Shown here piece by piece: positions 9,571 to 20,363 of a stretch of 64,000 bases of DNA. Within the stretch, counting starts at the first letter, position 1, and every line of letters begins with the position of its first letter. Source of the DNA: a virus (taxonomy: Duplodnaviria > Caudoviricetes). Under the pieces are notes generated by a model. It searched no databases, had not been told where the DNA came from, and saw only the letters and a list, made by a program, of their open reading frames with translations. A program made the translations under genes and the position numbers. The DNA is taken from positions 96,001-160,000 of the IMG/VR virus record IMGVR_UViG_3300014039_000012. One strand, given 5' to 3'.

Positions 9571-12500
9571 TGCAAAATCTTCATCGACATACTTCATATT
9601 CGAATGTATGTATTGCGGATTCCGCAGCAACAAACGAACAATATGCCAAAAGAGCCGTAGAGTTGGGGCATAAAGTGATTAGTAGCGTTGAGCACGGGTG
9701 GCAGGGATATTATTATCAATGCTATGAACTTGCTCAAAAATATAATCTAAAATTTGTTTTTGGGGCAGAAGCATATTGGGTCAAGGACAGGCAGAAGGAA
9801 TATGAAGAAATTGACCCGGCAACCGGAGAACCGTTAAAAAATAAAGATGGAACAATAAAAGCACACAAAGATAATTCTAATTGTCATATATTGCTTCTCG
9901 CAAAGACGGAAATCGGAAGACGTGCGATTAACAAGATTCTTTCAGAAGCAAACGAAACAGGATATTATTTTAGACCTCGTGTCGATCTCGAACTTCTTCT
10001 TTCTCTTCCCCCTAACGACGTAGTCGTAACAACTGCTTGCGTGGCATATTGGAAATACGATGACATTGAAGATATTACTCTTCAATTGTGGAAACATTTT
10101 GGAAAAAACTTTTATCTTGAGATTCAAGCGCACGCAACCGACCAACAAAGAGAAATCTCTCGCAGAATTCTTTCCTTGTCGCAAAGATATGGAATTGAAA
10201 TGATTGTTGGGCTTGACAGTCATTACATTTATCCAGAACAAGCGCAGGAGAGAGAATATATTCTTGAAGCGAAAGACGTCCATTACAAAGACGAAGATGG
10301 ATGGTATATGGACTATCCCGACGACGAAGAAGTTATGAGACGTTTTATGGAGCAAGGAGTTTTTACAAGAGAACAAGTCCAAAGAGCGATGGACAACACA
10401 GATATTTCTCTAACATTTGACGATTATGCAAAAGACAATCCTGTTTTTAGTAAAGACATCAAACTTCCTACTCTTTATCCCAATCTTTCGCAAGAAGAAA
10501 GAAACAAAAAATATAGTGTTCTAATTAGCAAACTTTTTAGAGAATACGCAGAAAAACATCATATTACAGGAGAAGAGTATAAGAGATATCTTGAAGGAAT
10601 CAAAATGGAGGTTCAAACAGTTAAAGATACTGGAATGGCCGACTATTTCCTTCTTGATTATGAAATTGTTAAAAGAGCAATTGAAAAAGGCGGGGTTTTG
10701 ACTGACAGTGGGAGAGGATGTTTTACGTCCGACGCAATGGCTTTAACAACGAGCGGCATCAAGCACATTAACGAAGTTAAGGTCGGAGATTTTGTAATAG
10801 ATCAAAACGGAAATCCGCAAAAGGTTATTGATACAATGGAATATGATTGTAATGAGGAAATGGTTCAGCTTCTTTATGCGTATGGACCAAATACTCATAA
10901 TCCATTGATCTGTACAAAAGATCATAAGATTTTGATTCATAGAAATGGACAAAATTCTTGGATCGAAGCCGGAAATATTCAGCAAGGAGATTATGTTTGT
11001 TCTCCAAAAATTCATTTTGAAAATCGAGCTCCTGAATATATTGATTTAAATGACTATAATATTTTTGGATATGATTTTGATGATGAATATATTTATGAAT
11101 ATCGTCCTGCGGCAAATGGTATTGTTAAATTTAATTCCATAGATGTTTCTAACCACATTGGTTGTTCCAAACCGTGGGTGTTGCAGGCTGTAAAGAACCC
11201 AGATCGAAAGAAATTTAAACATCCAGAATATGTAAATAGACTGTTAGAATATACGGGCTTTAAATCTCTTCAAGAATATAGTGATTATTTAAAAAATTCT
11301 CACGTTATCAAAATTAAAAGATTTATAAAGAATGACGAACTTTTCAATACGTGGGTTGGAATGATGTATGGAGATGGATGGGTCCGCAATTCCAAACAAA
11401 CGACGGACGTGGGTATGGCGTTCTCCACTTATGGTCATAAACAATCTTATAACCGAGAGATATGTATTAAAATGATTGAGCGTTTTGGAGCACCCTATAG
11501 GTGTGCCGTTCATAAGACAAAACAATTAGAGCAAATTATTATGAAAAGTCGTATTGTGAGTGAGTTTTGTAAAAAATTCTTATTCACAAGTAAAAAAGGA
11601 AAGGCAAAAAGTTTTAATCAAGATTTGTTTTATCAATCCGAGGACAATTTAAGAGCATTATTAAAAGGTTTGACAATTACCGATGGAAGCACCGGGAAAG
11701 AGAATAGAAGAGACAGTTTCGACAACATATCTCAAAGTATCGTTGGAGCATATAAAATTTTAGTGTCAGCAGTTGCTCATTGTCCCACAAGTTTATCTGT
11801 TAGAAAAGCCCACGAAGACAATAGAGGATATCATTCTCAAACTAGTTACAAAATAAGAATGATGAAAGATACGGACGTCCATGTGCTTTCGACATATAGA
11901 ACGCTTTCTGACGATAACTATATTTATCTTCCGGTTTCTCAAATCAAACCAATTGAAAAAGCTAAACGAAAAGTATACGACATCACGGTTGAAAATTCTC
12001 ATAGTTATGTTTTGGATAGTATAGTTGTCCACAATTCTTCAGTTGGATATTTTACAAACACTCTTCTTGGTTTTTCAAAAGTCGATAGATTTCAAAGTCC
12101 GATAACGCTCTATCCTGAGCGATTTATTAGTAAAACAAGAATTCTGGAAACCCACTCATTACCCGATTAACAACATAGTCGCCCATATAAGTGATTATAT
12201 GTGGAAAACCTCGAATATCAGGGGAAACCCTTAAGTCTTAATTACAAAACATTAGCGAAAGCAAAGTGTGGCATCGCCAATCACGATGGTATTGTAAAAA
12301 GATTAAGAATTGGGCAATCCTGAGAGATAACCCTAACCGAATTTATCGTATGGGGAGCTCGCAACGACTACCAAGAGGAATCCGAGATAACATCAACGAT
12401 TGTGGTATAGTCTATTCCGACCATTTATTTGGTGCAAATACTACGAAAGTAGCGGTAGGTCAAGATCGATATGAACTGGGGAACCCCGGAAATTGCTGAA

Positions 12501-14756
12501 GAAGCACAAAAGGAAATTCTTGGTGACGATCACGCAATTCCGATGATTGCTTTTGGAACTTGCAAAAAGAAATCTGCGTTTAAGCTTTTTGCTCGTTCGC
12601 AAAATATGAATTTTGAACTGGCAAATACTATTTCTTCACAAATTGCGGATTATGAAGAAGCCGTTAAAAACGCAGAAGATGATGATAAAGACCAGATTGA
12701 TATTTACGATTTTGTAGATAAAAAATATGCCGATTACATTGAACAGAGTAAAAAATATTGGGGCATTATTATGGATAAAAAGAAAGCGCCATGCGCGTTT
12801 CTTCTTTACCGAGGCAATATTCGAGAAGAAATTGGTCTGATTAAATGTAAGTCGGAATCAACCGGCAAAGAGTGCATAACGGCCGTTGTAGACGGGGCAA
12901 TTGCAGAAAATTACAAATTCTTGAAAAACGACATTCTTTGCGTAAGTATTGTTCTTTTGGTGGATAAGATTTATCGAAGAATCGGAATTCCGCATAAAAC
13001 AGTCGAAGAACTAAAAGAGTTTGTTAAAAACGATCCAAAAACTTGGGACATTTATAAAAACGGATATACACTTGGAGTTAATCAGTGCGAACAAGCAAGT
13101 TCTGCGAAGAAAATGATGAAATTTAAGGCAAAAAACATTTCCGAACTTTCTGCGTGGATTGCCGCAATTCGCCCCGCCTTCAAGTCAATGTATTCAAAGT
13201 TTGAATCGAGAGAATCTTTTAGTTATGGAATTCCTGCTTTTGACAAACTTCTGCAAACAGAAGAACTTCCACAGTCTTGGATTTTGTATCAGGAGCAGTC
13301 GATGTCTGTTCTTTCATATGCCGGATTTCCGATGGACGAATGTTATGGGATCATAAAAGCAATTGCTAAAAAACACCCAGAGAAAGTTCGTCCGTTGAAA
13401 GATAGGTTTATCGAAGGATTCAAAAAAAGAATTATTACAGAAGAAGGAATTGAAGAAAATCAAGCGCAGGAAATGAGCGAGAGGGTTTGGCAAATCATCA
13501 ACGACTCTTGCGGTTACGGTAAACTTTGTTGCCGTATTAAAACCTACTTAACCACGCCAGTGGGTGTCCGCATAGCGGGCTAACGGAGAACTCTAAGTCT
13601 ATAAGATATGAGAATCCCGTGCTAATCGAAAGATGAGTGTAGAGGACATCGAAAGGATATTTTAATATTAAAGCTAGTATTAAAAAAGTAACCGAGTAGA
13701 GTAGAATGTGAGACGGGCACACGTTCCAAACAGTAGGGAGATTTTAGCAAAATCTCAAGATATGTTGCAATATAGTAACCAGTATGGAAACATACATCTA
13801 TATTGTTCAATTCTGCGCACGCATATTGTATGGCAATAGATAGTCTTTCTTGTGCAATGCTGAAAGCAAATTATCCATATGAATTTTATGAGGTGCTTCT
13901 ACAATTCCATTCCGATAGAGGAGAAAAAGACAAGGTTGGAGCCCTAAAAGCGGAAATGAAAAAAGCTTTTAGTATTCAAGAAGGTCCGTATCGATTTGGA
14001 GAAGATAACCGCAAATTCAACGCAATTCCGGAAAGAGGAATTATCCAACCGTCTCTTTTGTCAATTAAGGGACTGAGCCAAGATTTGGCAAATGATCTTT
14101 ATGAACTTTCGCAAACTAAAAAGTTTGATAATTTTATAGATCTGTTAAGAGAATTCGATCATATGAAATCGATGAACATTGCGAAGTTGGATACGTTGAT
14201 TAAACTCAACTATTTCTCTCAATTCGCCCCCATCGGAAAACTTCTGAACATCGTTGAACTCTATAACAAGTTCGGAACTCGTAAGACACTCAAAGAATCC
14301 GACGTTTCCGCCCTCCCCGCGCCCGTTCAGGAAGTTATCGCAAAATATACCACCAAGCCCAAAACGCAGTATAAAATCACGGATAACGATGGAATGCTTC
14401 GTGAGCTTGCAGAAATGGTCGGAGAACGTCCGATTACAATGATGATGCGTTTGTCGTGGGAAAAGGATTATTTGGGTTACTGCGCCTCTACCGATCCGTC
14501 ACAGCAAGGAAGTTGGCTCGTTCTGGATATCGATACGAAGTTCTCTCCGAAGTTGAGCATATATTCTATCTGGAGTGGAGAACAGCGTATCGTTAAAGTC
14601 TCGAAGCGTGACTTCCAATCAAATCCTCTCGCTAAAGGTGATACAATCCGTCTCACCATTGAACAACGTCCGAAGACAAAGCTCGTGGACGGACAATGGG
14701 TAAAAGACGAAAGCGTTAAAGAAGATTGGCTAAAATATTATTCAATTGTAAAATAA
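9570..14756 (+). CDS. dnaE: DNA polymerase III alpha subunit, join(9570..12167,12465..13520,13806..14756), contains an intein
   Basis: PHP motif LHRHTSYS. Splicing restores SGRG|SSVG (intein), LPD|IDMN (intron 1) and GYG|FNSAHAY (intron 2). ILYQEQ motif. About 1534 aa precursor, about 1095 aa mature. Confidence 0.92.
10719..12035 (+). mobile_element. Intein with LAGLIDADG homing endonuclease in dnaE (439 aa)
   Basis: Starts CFTSD after GRG; block B CTKDHKI; LAGLIDADG-like VGMMYGDG and LKGLTITDG; ends VYDITV...VVHN followed by Ser +1. Confidence 0.93.
12168..12464 (+). mobile_element. Group I intron 1 in dnaE (297 nt, no endonuclease ORF)
   Basis: 5' exon ends in U with P1 CGAU/GUCG; GGGCAAUCCUGAG; P7 ACGACUA/UAGUCU; terminal G. 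Removal restores catalytic PDID. Confidence 0.9.
13521..13805 (+). mobile_element. Group I intron 2 in dnaE (285 nt, no endonuclease ORF)
   Basis: P1 UACGGU/GCCGUA with U-G at the splice site; P3 CCUACU/AGUAGG; AAUCCCGUGC; P8 GAGAUUUU/AAAAUCUC; J8/7 AAGAUA; terminal G. Removal restores YGFN.AHA. Confidence 0.85.
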
Positions 14757-14767
14757 GGAGAAGATTT

Positions 14768-15064
14768 ATGGCAAAATATATTGATGCGGACAAAATCGAG
14801 TATAAGATAATTTCTTATCCGCGTTTTGATTTTTCTACGGGAATGGTTCGCAATGAAAAACTCGATGGTTTTTACGCCATCAAACAAGATATCGATGCTA
14901 TGCCTGTCGCAGACGTTCAGGAAGTCAGGCACGGAAAGTGGGATGAAATCAGAGACGGATATGGAAAACTTGAAGGTTGGATTCATAGAGAGTGCGGACG
15001 TATGTCGATGGGAAAAGATAAGTACTGCCCAAAGTGCGGTGCAAGGATGAACTTGGAGGATTAA
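14768..15064 (+). CDS. Small zinc-ribbon protein
   Basis: ADVQEVRHGKW...CPKCGARMNLED; RBS AAGGAG before ATG 14768. Confidence 0.65.
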   Translation: MAKYIDADKIEYKIISYPRFDFSTGMVRNEKLDGFYAIKQDIDAMPVADVQEVRHGKWDEIRDGYGKLEGWIHRECGRMSMGKDKYCPKCGARMNLED

Positions 15065-15065
15065 A

Positions 15066-15338
15066 ATGGATAATTATATTGATAGAAACGTCCTTTTGCA
15101 AGAATTAAACGAAGCGCAGATAGAAGGCGACGAATACTATAAAGGACTTGGAAAAGCAAAACTAATTTTATGCGAGCAACCCGATGTCGACGTAGAAGAA
15201 GCCAAGCATGGGAAATGGCTTCCATACAGATTTGGTCTGGGAGTAGTGAAGTGCTCAATTTGTGGAGCGGTATATGAAGGGGGAGACTCGTTCAGGTTTT
15301 GCCCGAAGTGCGGTGCGAAAATGAATTTGGAGGATTAA
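15066..15338 (+). CDS. Small zinc-ribbon protein (tandem paralog of the previous gene)
   Basis: VDVEEAKHGKW...CSICG...CPKCGAKMNLED. Confidence 0.65.
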   Translation: MDNYIDRNVLLQELNEAQIEGDEYYKGLGKAKLILCEQPDVDVEEAKHGKWLPYRFGLGVVKCSICGAVYEGGDSFRFCPKCGAKMNLED

Positions 15339-15339
15339 A

Positions 15340-15609
15340 ATGGATAATCAGAAATTTGTAGAAGTTGCGAAAAAGGCTGTTGTAGATTATTTCAACAGCC
15401 ACAAAGAAATTACCGACGAAGGAAGACTGGTAGTAGAAGATGTCTATGTCGTATGGCTGTGTAAAACGCTTCAAAACAACAAGGCACTTCTCAGCACAAA
15501 TGTTTGGGATGGAATGTATTATGAAGTAACTTATAACGGCGATAAAGGCGAAATGTATCTGGATGCTTACAAGAAGTGGGATAATAAGTGTGTTAAAATC
15601 GAAGAGTAA
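15340..15609 (+). CDS. Conserved phage protein (DUF6275-like)
   Basis: VYVVWLCKTLQNNKALLST...YYEVTYNGDK.E.YLDAYKK. Confidence 0.65.
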   Translation: MDNQKFVEVAKKAVVDYFNSHKEITDEGRLVVEDVYVVWLCKTLQNNKALLSTNVWDGMYYEVTYNGDKGEMYLDAYKKWDNKCVKIEE

Positions 15610-15644
15610 ACCTATAATTTTATTTTCAAAAGGAGCGAAATATT

Positions 15645-15893
15645 ATGGAATATAACAAAACTAAATTACCGCTCGTGTCTGGCAGAAAATACAACAACCT
15701 TCTAAAAGATTATGAAGATGTAGCCCATAAACTTGAAACTTTATTGCTTCAGACAACCGGGAAACTTTCAAAATCCACCTACTCACTTGAAGTGATGTTG
15801 TCTGAATCGATTCGGCACACAGAAGAACTGGTCGATGAAGCCGTTGAGAGAGCACTAAAAGAAGGTTTGGAGTCTGACGATGGCGCAAACTAA
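15645..15893 (+). CDS. Hypothetical protein
   Basis: 82 aa ORF with AAAGGAG RBS. Confidence 0.55.
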   Translation: MEYNKTKLPLVSGRKYNNLLKDYEDVAHKLETLLLQTTGKLSKSTYSLEVMLSESIRHTEELVDEAVERALKEGLESDDGAN

Positions 15894-16917
15894 AAAACAA
15901 TATCAACAACCAAAATTCTCTTACTCTCGAACCGAGGTATATGAGAATTGCCCGTACCGATATTACCTTCAATATGTTAAAGGACATTATATTCCAGCTG
16001 TTGGGCTTGCGCTTTCTTTCGGGACGCTTGTCCATCTCATAAACCAAATTCAAACAGATACACTGCTTGCCGGAAAACCGATCGACTACCCTATGCTGAA
16101 AGATTATTTCCAAAATGTGAATATTCCAAAAAAGAACCCGAAGGACAAAGAGGGTGACATTTTCGGAACAAATATTCTTCGTCGGATGTTCCCCGATGAA
16201 TGGGATAATCTCGATAAAACAGGAAGAACATTTGAAGAGAAGACACAAGCGTTTCTTAGCAGAGGAATTTATCGGCAAGAAGAGTATCTTGCCGAACACC
16301 CTGAATTAAAACTTGTTGCCGCAGAAATGTCTTTTGAATATTACTTCGATAAGGTATTATTTACCGGTTCGATTGACCGCGTGCTTCAATATCGTGATGA
16401 TCCAAAACATTTCGTTATTCACGACCTGAAAACAAGTGCAGAAGCGTATGACGATAAGAAGCTTGCAAGTCCCAGACAAATGTGGGTGTATGTTGGGGCG
16501 CTGAAAGAAAAGTATGGTAAAGACATTCAAGTTGATTGTGAATACGAGTTTCCGATTGCCGAAGAAATGCGAGTCGCTGGAACAAAAGGATGGGAGAAAC
16601 GATGTGAAACCAAGATGAAAAAAATCTTGGACAGTATTTTCTCCGAAGAATGGAAGCCGTCTCCGTCACCGTTATGCGCTTGGTGTGCTTTCAGTAATAC
16701 AAATCCGAATCAGCCTCCTGCGGCTAAAAATCTTTGTCCATACTACAGTCTCTGGACTCCGCAAGAGAGATCGTTTGCGACAAAACTTCCGTGGCAAGGA
16801 ATCGAAATGGATGAAATTCAGCACAAGAAACTTGAACAGCTTGCAGCGCTGGACGATGAATTTGCTGATGAAATCGAAGCGGAAGCAAAAAAATCGGACG
16901 ACGATTGGGACCTCTAA
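15880..16917 (+). CDS. PD-(D/E)XK exonuclease, Cas4/AddB-like with Fe-S cysteines
   Basis: SYS...CPYRY, FGTLVH, GSIDRV, HDLKTS, Q..VY, C-terminal CAWC...CP. Confidence 0.8.
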   Translation: MAQTKKQYQQPKFSYSRTEVYENCPYRYYLQYVKGHYIPAVGLALSFGTLVHLINQIQTDTLLAGKPIDYPMLKDYFQNVNIPKKNPKDKEGDIFGTNILRRMFPDEWDNLDKTGRTFEEKTQAFLSRGIYRQEEYLAEHPELKLVAAEMSFEYYFDKVLFTGSIDRVLQYRDDPKHFVIHDLKTSAEAYDDKKLASPRQMWVYVGALKEKYGKDIQVDCEYEFPIAEEMRVAGTKGWEKRCETKMKKILDSIFSEEWKPSPSPLCAWCAFSNTNPNQPPAAKNLCPYYSLWTPQERSFATKLPWQGIEMDEIQHKKLEQLAALDDEFADEIEAEAKKSDDDWDL

Positions 16918-16938
16918 AATATTTTTGAAGAAATTTTT

Positions 16939-16976
16939 GAAAACCCCTTGACAAACGAGGGGTTTTCTGTTATAAT
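16939..16976 (+). promoter_or_regulatory. sigmaA promoter with -35 inside a hairpin
   Basis: TTGACA 16948-16953, TATAAT 16971-16976. Stem GAAAACCCCTTG/CGAGGGGTTTTC. Confidence 0.9.
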
Positions 16977-17014
16977 AATACCAGAAGAAGAAAATCATTT
17001 TTGGGAGGTAAATT

Positions 17015-17254
17015 ATGAGCAGTGGAGTAAAACCGTGTCCGTTTTGTGGAAATCAGGTTTTCGTTGAAAAAATCCCTCTTTGGAGAACTCGCGGAGATGG
17101 AAGTACAAGTGGTTATTCTGGCTGTTACGAGTATGATATTCATTGTGATGAGTGCGGATGTCGCATAAAACTTCCCGGGAATGATACGGTTTATCGAAGT
17201 GATAAAAAGGCAAAAGAAAACGCCATCAATACTTGGAATAGGAGAGTTGAGTGA
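17015..17254 (+). CDS. Lar-family (restriction alleviation-like) zinc protein
   Basis: KPCPFCG...CDECG...AINTWNRR. Confidence 0.7.
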   Translation: MSSGVKPCPFCGNQVFVEKIPLWRTRGDGSTSGYSGCYEYDIHCDECGCRIKLPGNDTVYRSDKKAKENAINTWNRRVE

Positions 17255-17257
17255 AAA

Positions 17258-17752
17258 ATGAGTGAGAATTATATTGTAATCAATGGCAAGAGATCGGAAC
17301 TGACTGAAGAACAGTTGAAGGCGCTGGGAATTGAGACGAAAAAGAATCCGTTTGATAGAGTTGAAAAAGGGTGCGTGTATTATAGAATCACGGGATATGG
17401 TAAGGTCGATGACTATGTGGAAAGTAGTGACTATACCGATTTCAATCTTTATGCGAACAATAATTATTTCAACGACAAACAGTTCGCCCAGCAAGTAGCC
17501 CTCCACCAGTTGCTCTACCGTAAGCTGTTAAAGTTTGCGTATGACAATGGGTGTGAGGATACAGCGGAGTGGGGTTATCATAATCACCACTATACTGTTT
17601 ACTATGACAAAGAGTCAAATTGCTTTTGTATCGATGATCGGTATGTTTCTAAATATTTTGGAGTATATTTTGCGACACAAGAAGGCGCAAGCCGTGCAAT
17701 CGAAGAAGTAGTCGAACCGTTCATGAAAGAGCATCCTGATTTTGTGTGGTGA
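17258..17752 (+). CDS. Hypothetical protein, paralog of 7288..7773
   Basis: Same conserved blocks and HP.FVW end. Confidence 0.75.
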   Translation: MSENYIVINGKRSELTEEQLKALGIETKKNPFDRVEKGCVYYRITGYGKVDDYVESSDYTDFNLYANNNYFNDKQFAQQVALHQLLYRKLLKFAYDNGCEDTAEWGYHNHHYTVYYDKESNCFCIDDRYVSKYFGVYFATQEGASRAIEEVVEPFMKEHPDFVW

Positions 17753-17979
17753 TAAAAGCTATGAAGAAATATCTTTTATATGTAAGATACAGTCTTTCAG
17801 GTCTTGCTGTTTACGCCGTTGAAACGGATGACATTTTTCACGTTATTGGCAGAGCGCATTATTGTTCCGATGAACTTATCAAGACTTTCCAATTCGTTGA
17901 AGACGAACAGTTTCGCCGAGATTTCTGGAAAGAGCAAAACGTTAAAATCAGAGAATGCCCAAAGAAGTGGATAGAGTGA
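17746..17979 (+). CDS. Hypothetical protein
   Basis: Coupled small ORF. Confidence 0.5.
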   Translation: MVIKAMKKYLLYVRYSLSGLAVYAVETDDIFHVIGRAHYCSDELIKTFQFVEDEQFRRDFWKEQNVKIRECPKKWIE

Positions 17980-17990
17980 AAGGAGTTGCT

Positions 17991-18575
17991 ATGAAAAATC
18001 TTCTTGTTATTATTGATGCCCAAAATGATTTTATCGATGGTGTTTTAGGAACGCCGGAAGCTCGAAAAACCGTTCCGAACATCATTAAAAAGATGCGAGA
18101 ATATCAAATTGTTAACAACGGGTTTATAGAAGATGCTGATGAAAACGTGATTTTATTTACACAAGATACGCATTATGCGGCGACTTATGACGATTCTCCG
18201 GAGGGAAAGAAGCTTCCAATCAGACATTGTATCTACAAAACGCTTGGTTGGCAGATTAATCACGACATTACGTTGGAATATTACGGCGGAAATTATGCTC
18301 GTTTCGAGGACGGCTCTATCACAAATGGAAGAATTGTGAAAAACACTTTCGGTTCGATGAAGTTGATAGAAATCGCAAGAACTTGGTGCACGGAGAAGAT
18401 CGAGCTCGTTGGTTTCTGTACGGATATTTGCGTTATCTCAAATGCACTAATGTTAAAAGCAGCAATGCCAGAAATTCAGATTGTTGTTAATTCGTCTTGT
18501 TGTGCCGGAACAACTCCGAAAATGCACAAAGAGGCACTGGACGTTATGAAGTCTTGTCAGATTGATATTATCTAA
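17991..18575 (+). CDS. pncA: Nicotinamidase/isochorismatase-family cysteine hydrolase
   Basis: LLVIIDAQNDF, TQDTH, HC, KNTFGS, VGFCTDICV. Confidence 0.8.
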   Translation: MKNLLVIIDAQNDFIDGVLGTPEARKTVPNIIKKMREYQIVNNGFIEDADENVILFTQDTHYAATYDDSPEGKKLPIRHCIYKTLGWQINHDITLEYYGGNYARFEDGSITNGRIVKNTFGSMKLIEIARTWCTEKIELVGFCTDICVISNALMLKAAMPEIQIVVNSSCCAGTTPKMHKEALDVMKSCQIDII

Positions 18576-18602
18576 ATCACATAAACAAAAGGAGAAATTA
18601 TT

Positions 18603-18881
18603 ATGGAAACCACTATTACTTTTAAGGAACTGCTGAAGCGTTGGAAGGAAGAGGCTCACACCGAAAGGGGCATCACTCTTGTTTCAAAAAAAGGTAACAT
18701 CCTCGTTATCTGCACTCGTCATCCTGGTTGGTATATTGGAAAAGGCGGGGAACTGTGCGACAAGTATTTTCAAATGATTAAGAACGGCAAGACCGATAAA
18801 GGTGAAAGAATTACTCGCAGTCTGTTCGATGTTGGAGGGCTTGAGAAGATCGAATTTATCGAAACTTTCGATAAGATTTGA
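18603..18881 (+). CDS. KH-domain-like (ribosomal S3-type) small protein
   Basis: ILVICTRHPGWYIGKGG resembles the S3 KH-II signature with a GxxG loop. Confidence 0.5.
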   Translation: METTITFKELLKRWKEEAHTERGITLVSKKGNILVICTRHPGWYIGKGGELCDKYFQMIKNGKTDKGERITRSLFDVGGLEKIEFIETFDKI

Positions 18882-18894
18882 GGAGGGACAAAGA

Positions 18895-19137
18895 ATGACT
18901 AAAGCAGTAGAAAGAGTGAAGGAAGTAATTAAGAATAACATTGAAGACGCAATGTATGGGATTTTCGATTGCCGCAACAGCGTAGGAGATCCAATGGAAA
19001 CGCTCTACGAAGACAATGAAGTATGCGTTGACATTTGTTATAGATATAGATATTTTGAAGTGTTCGGTTTGAGCGAGGAAGAATTTGCCGAAGTAGAATC
19101 TTTTTATGTGCAACTTAATGAGGGCAGCAATGAATAA
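18895..19137 (+). CDS. Hypothetical protein
   Basis: GGAGG RBS before ATG 18895. Confidence 0.55.
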   Translation: MTKAVERVKEVIKNNIEDAMYGIFDCRNSVGDPMETLYEDNEVCVDICYRYRYFEVFGLSEEEFAEVESFYVQLNEGSNE

Positions 19138-19453
19138 TTTATATACAAAAACATATTGTCAGAAATACGGCTTGTTTTGTGAGTCTGCTAATGAAAACGG
19201 ATATTGCAAAATGTCTGCGTGTTCGAGACGTTTGACCGACTTTGCGGAAGACAAACAACTGCGAACAAATTTCCGAATTGTTCATCGAAAAGATGGTATA
19301 TATGATTTATTCGATAGTATAAGTTGGCTTATGTCTCGTGGGTGTATTGATGATATTCTAAATTTTCTTTCGACATCAAGCAAGTATTCGGCAATCCGAA
19401 TCGTTTTTGAAGACAAAAGTATGGAGGTGGACAACAATGAGAAAACTTCGTAA
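19130..19453 (+). CDS. Hypothetical protein
   Basis: Coupled ORF with Cys-rich N-terminus. Confidence 0.5.
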   Translation: MNNLYTKTYCQKYGLFCESANENGYCKMSACSRRLTDFAEDKQLRTNFRIVHRKDGIYDLFDSISWLMSRGCIDDILNFLSTSSKYSAIRIVFEDKSMEVDNNEKTS

Positions 19454-19742
19454 ATCAGAAATCGATAGAATTGTTAAAGAGAATTTGCGCCTTTCCAACG
19501 ACGAACTTCTTAACAAATATTTCGACCTCGTTTATCACGATTGTCTCGGCTCGCAAGCCGAACGGATGGAAGAAGCCGGTTGGGAAGAGAGCGACGTTAA
19601 AGAACGGCGCGAGTACGAAGATTATATGGGTTGTTATACTGATATTCTTGCGGGAATGTTACAGGAGCGTGGCATAGACCCGTGGAAAGATTATATTAAC
19701 GATTCGTCGAAAACCTGTATGAGTATTGTCAACGTAGATTAA
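19437..19742 (+). CDS. Hypothetical protein
   Basis: GGAGG RBS; coupled ORF. Confidence 0.55.
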   Translation: MRKLRKSEIDRIVKENLRLSNDELLNKYFDLVYHDCLGSQAERMEEAGWEESDVKERREYEDYMGCYTDILAGMLQERGIDPWKDYINDSSKTCMSIVNVD

Positions 19743-19757
19743 TGAGGATGATTAAAA

Positions 19758-20360
19758 ATGGGATATAGACACTATTTGTATGCGATTCCTAAAAAGCAAG
19801 TAGAAGAAATTCAGGCTTGTAAAACTGCCAGCGATTTAACAGAATTTGCAAAACGGCACGGTTACCCATATGACGAAGACGATGGTTGGCTTTCTCTCTA
19901 CAAAGTCGGAAAAGAGCTTTATGAACTTGGAAAGTATTCTGAAATTGGTTTCAAGCTTGAATCCGAAAGACCGTGTGTTTTTACGTCAGATGAGTTGAGA
20001 AGCGAATATACAGATTATGGATTCGCCCTCCTGACAAAAGATGATTTCAAGGCTGTTATTGAATTTTATCGACAAAAAATTATTGCTTGGTTCAAAAGTT
20101 TTCTTGAAATTAAAGACAGCAGTAAATTTTCAGAAGAATTTACCAAAGAACAATATCAATTAGAGGTGTTAAAGCAAGAAGCGCAAAACAAAATCGATTC
20201 TTGGAGTGGTAAGTATTTCGGAATTTCTCCAATTGATTTAGATGAGAACAAAGAACAAATCGCCGGCGACTGGTCGTATGAGTATGCGATTTTTGAATTG
20301 GTTCGACTGTATAAAATTTTTGACTGGGAAAACGACGAACTTGTTTTAATGGGGTGGTAA
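19758..20360 (+). CDS. Hypothetical protein
   Basis: 200 aa, MGYR...GW pattern common in phage accessory proteins. Confidence 0.6.
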   Translation: MGYRHYLYAIPKKQVEEIQACKTASDLTEFAKRHGYPYDEDDGWLSLYKVGKELYELGKYSEIGFKLESERPCVFTSDELRSEYTDYGFALLTKDDFKAVIEFYRQKIIAWFKSFLEIKDSSKFSEEFTKEQYQLEVLKQEAQNKIDSWSGKYFGISPIDLDENKEQIAGDWSYEYAIFELVRLYKIFDWENDELVLMGW

Positions 20361-20363
20361 AAT

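Noticed and set aside
12266-12499. 77 aa ORF, and the KLCCR... tail of ORF 12471..13583
   Set aside because: These are read-throughs of group I intron sequence; splicing restores conserved DnaE motifs.
15880-16917. Cas4-like gene as evidence of a CRISPR system
   Set aside because: No repeat-spacer array or other cas genes were seen; solo Cas4-like exonucleases are common in phage replication modules.
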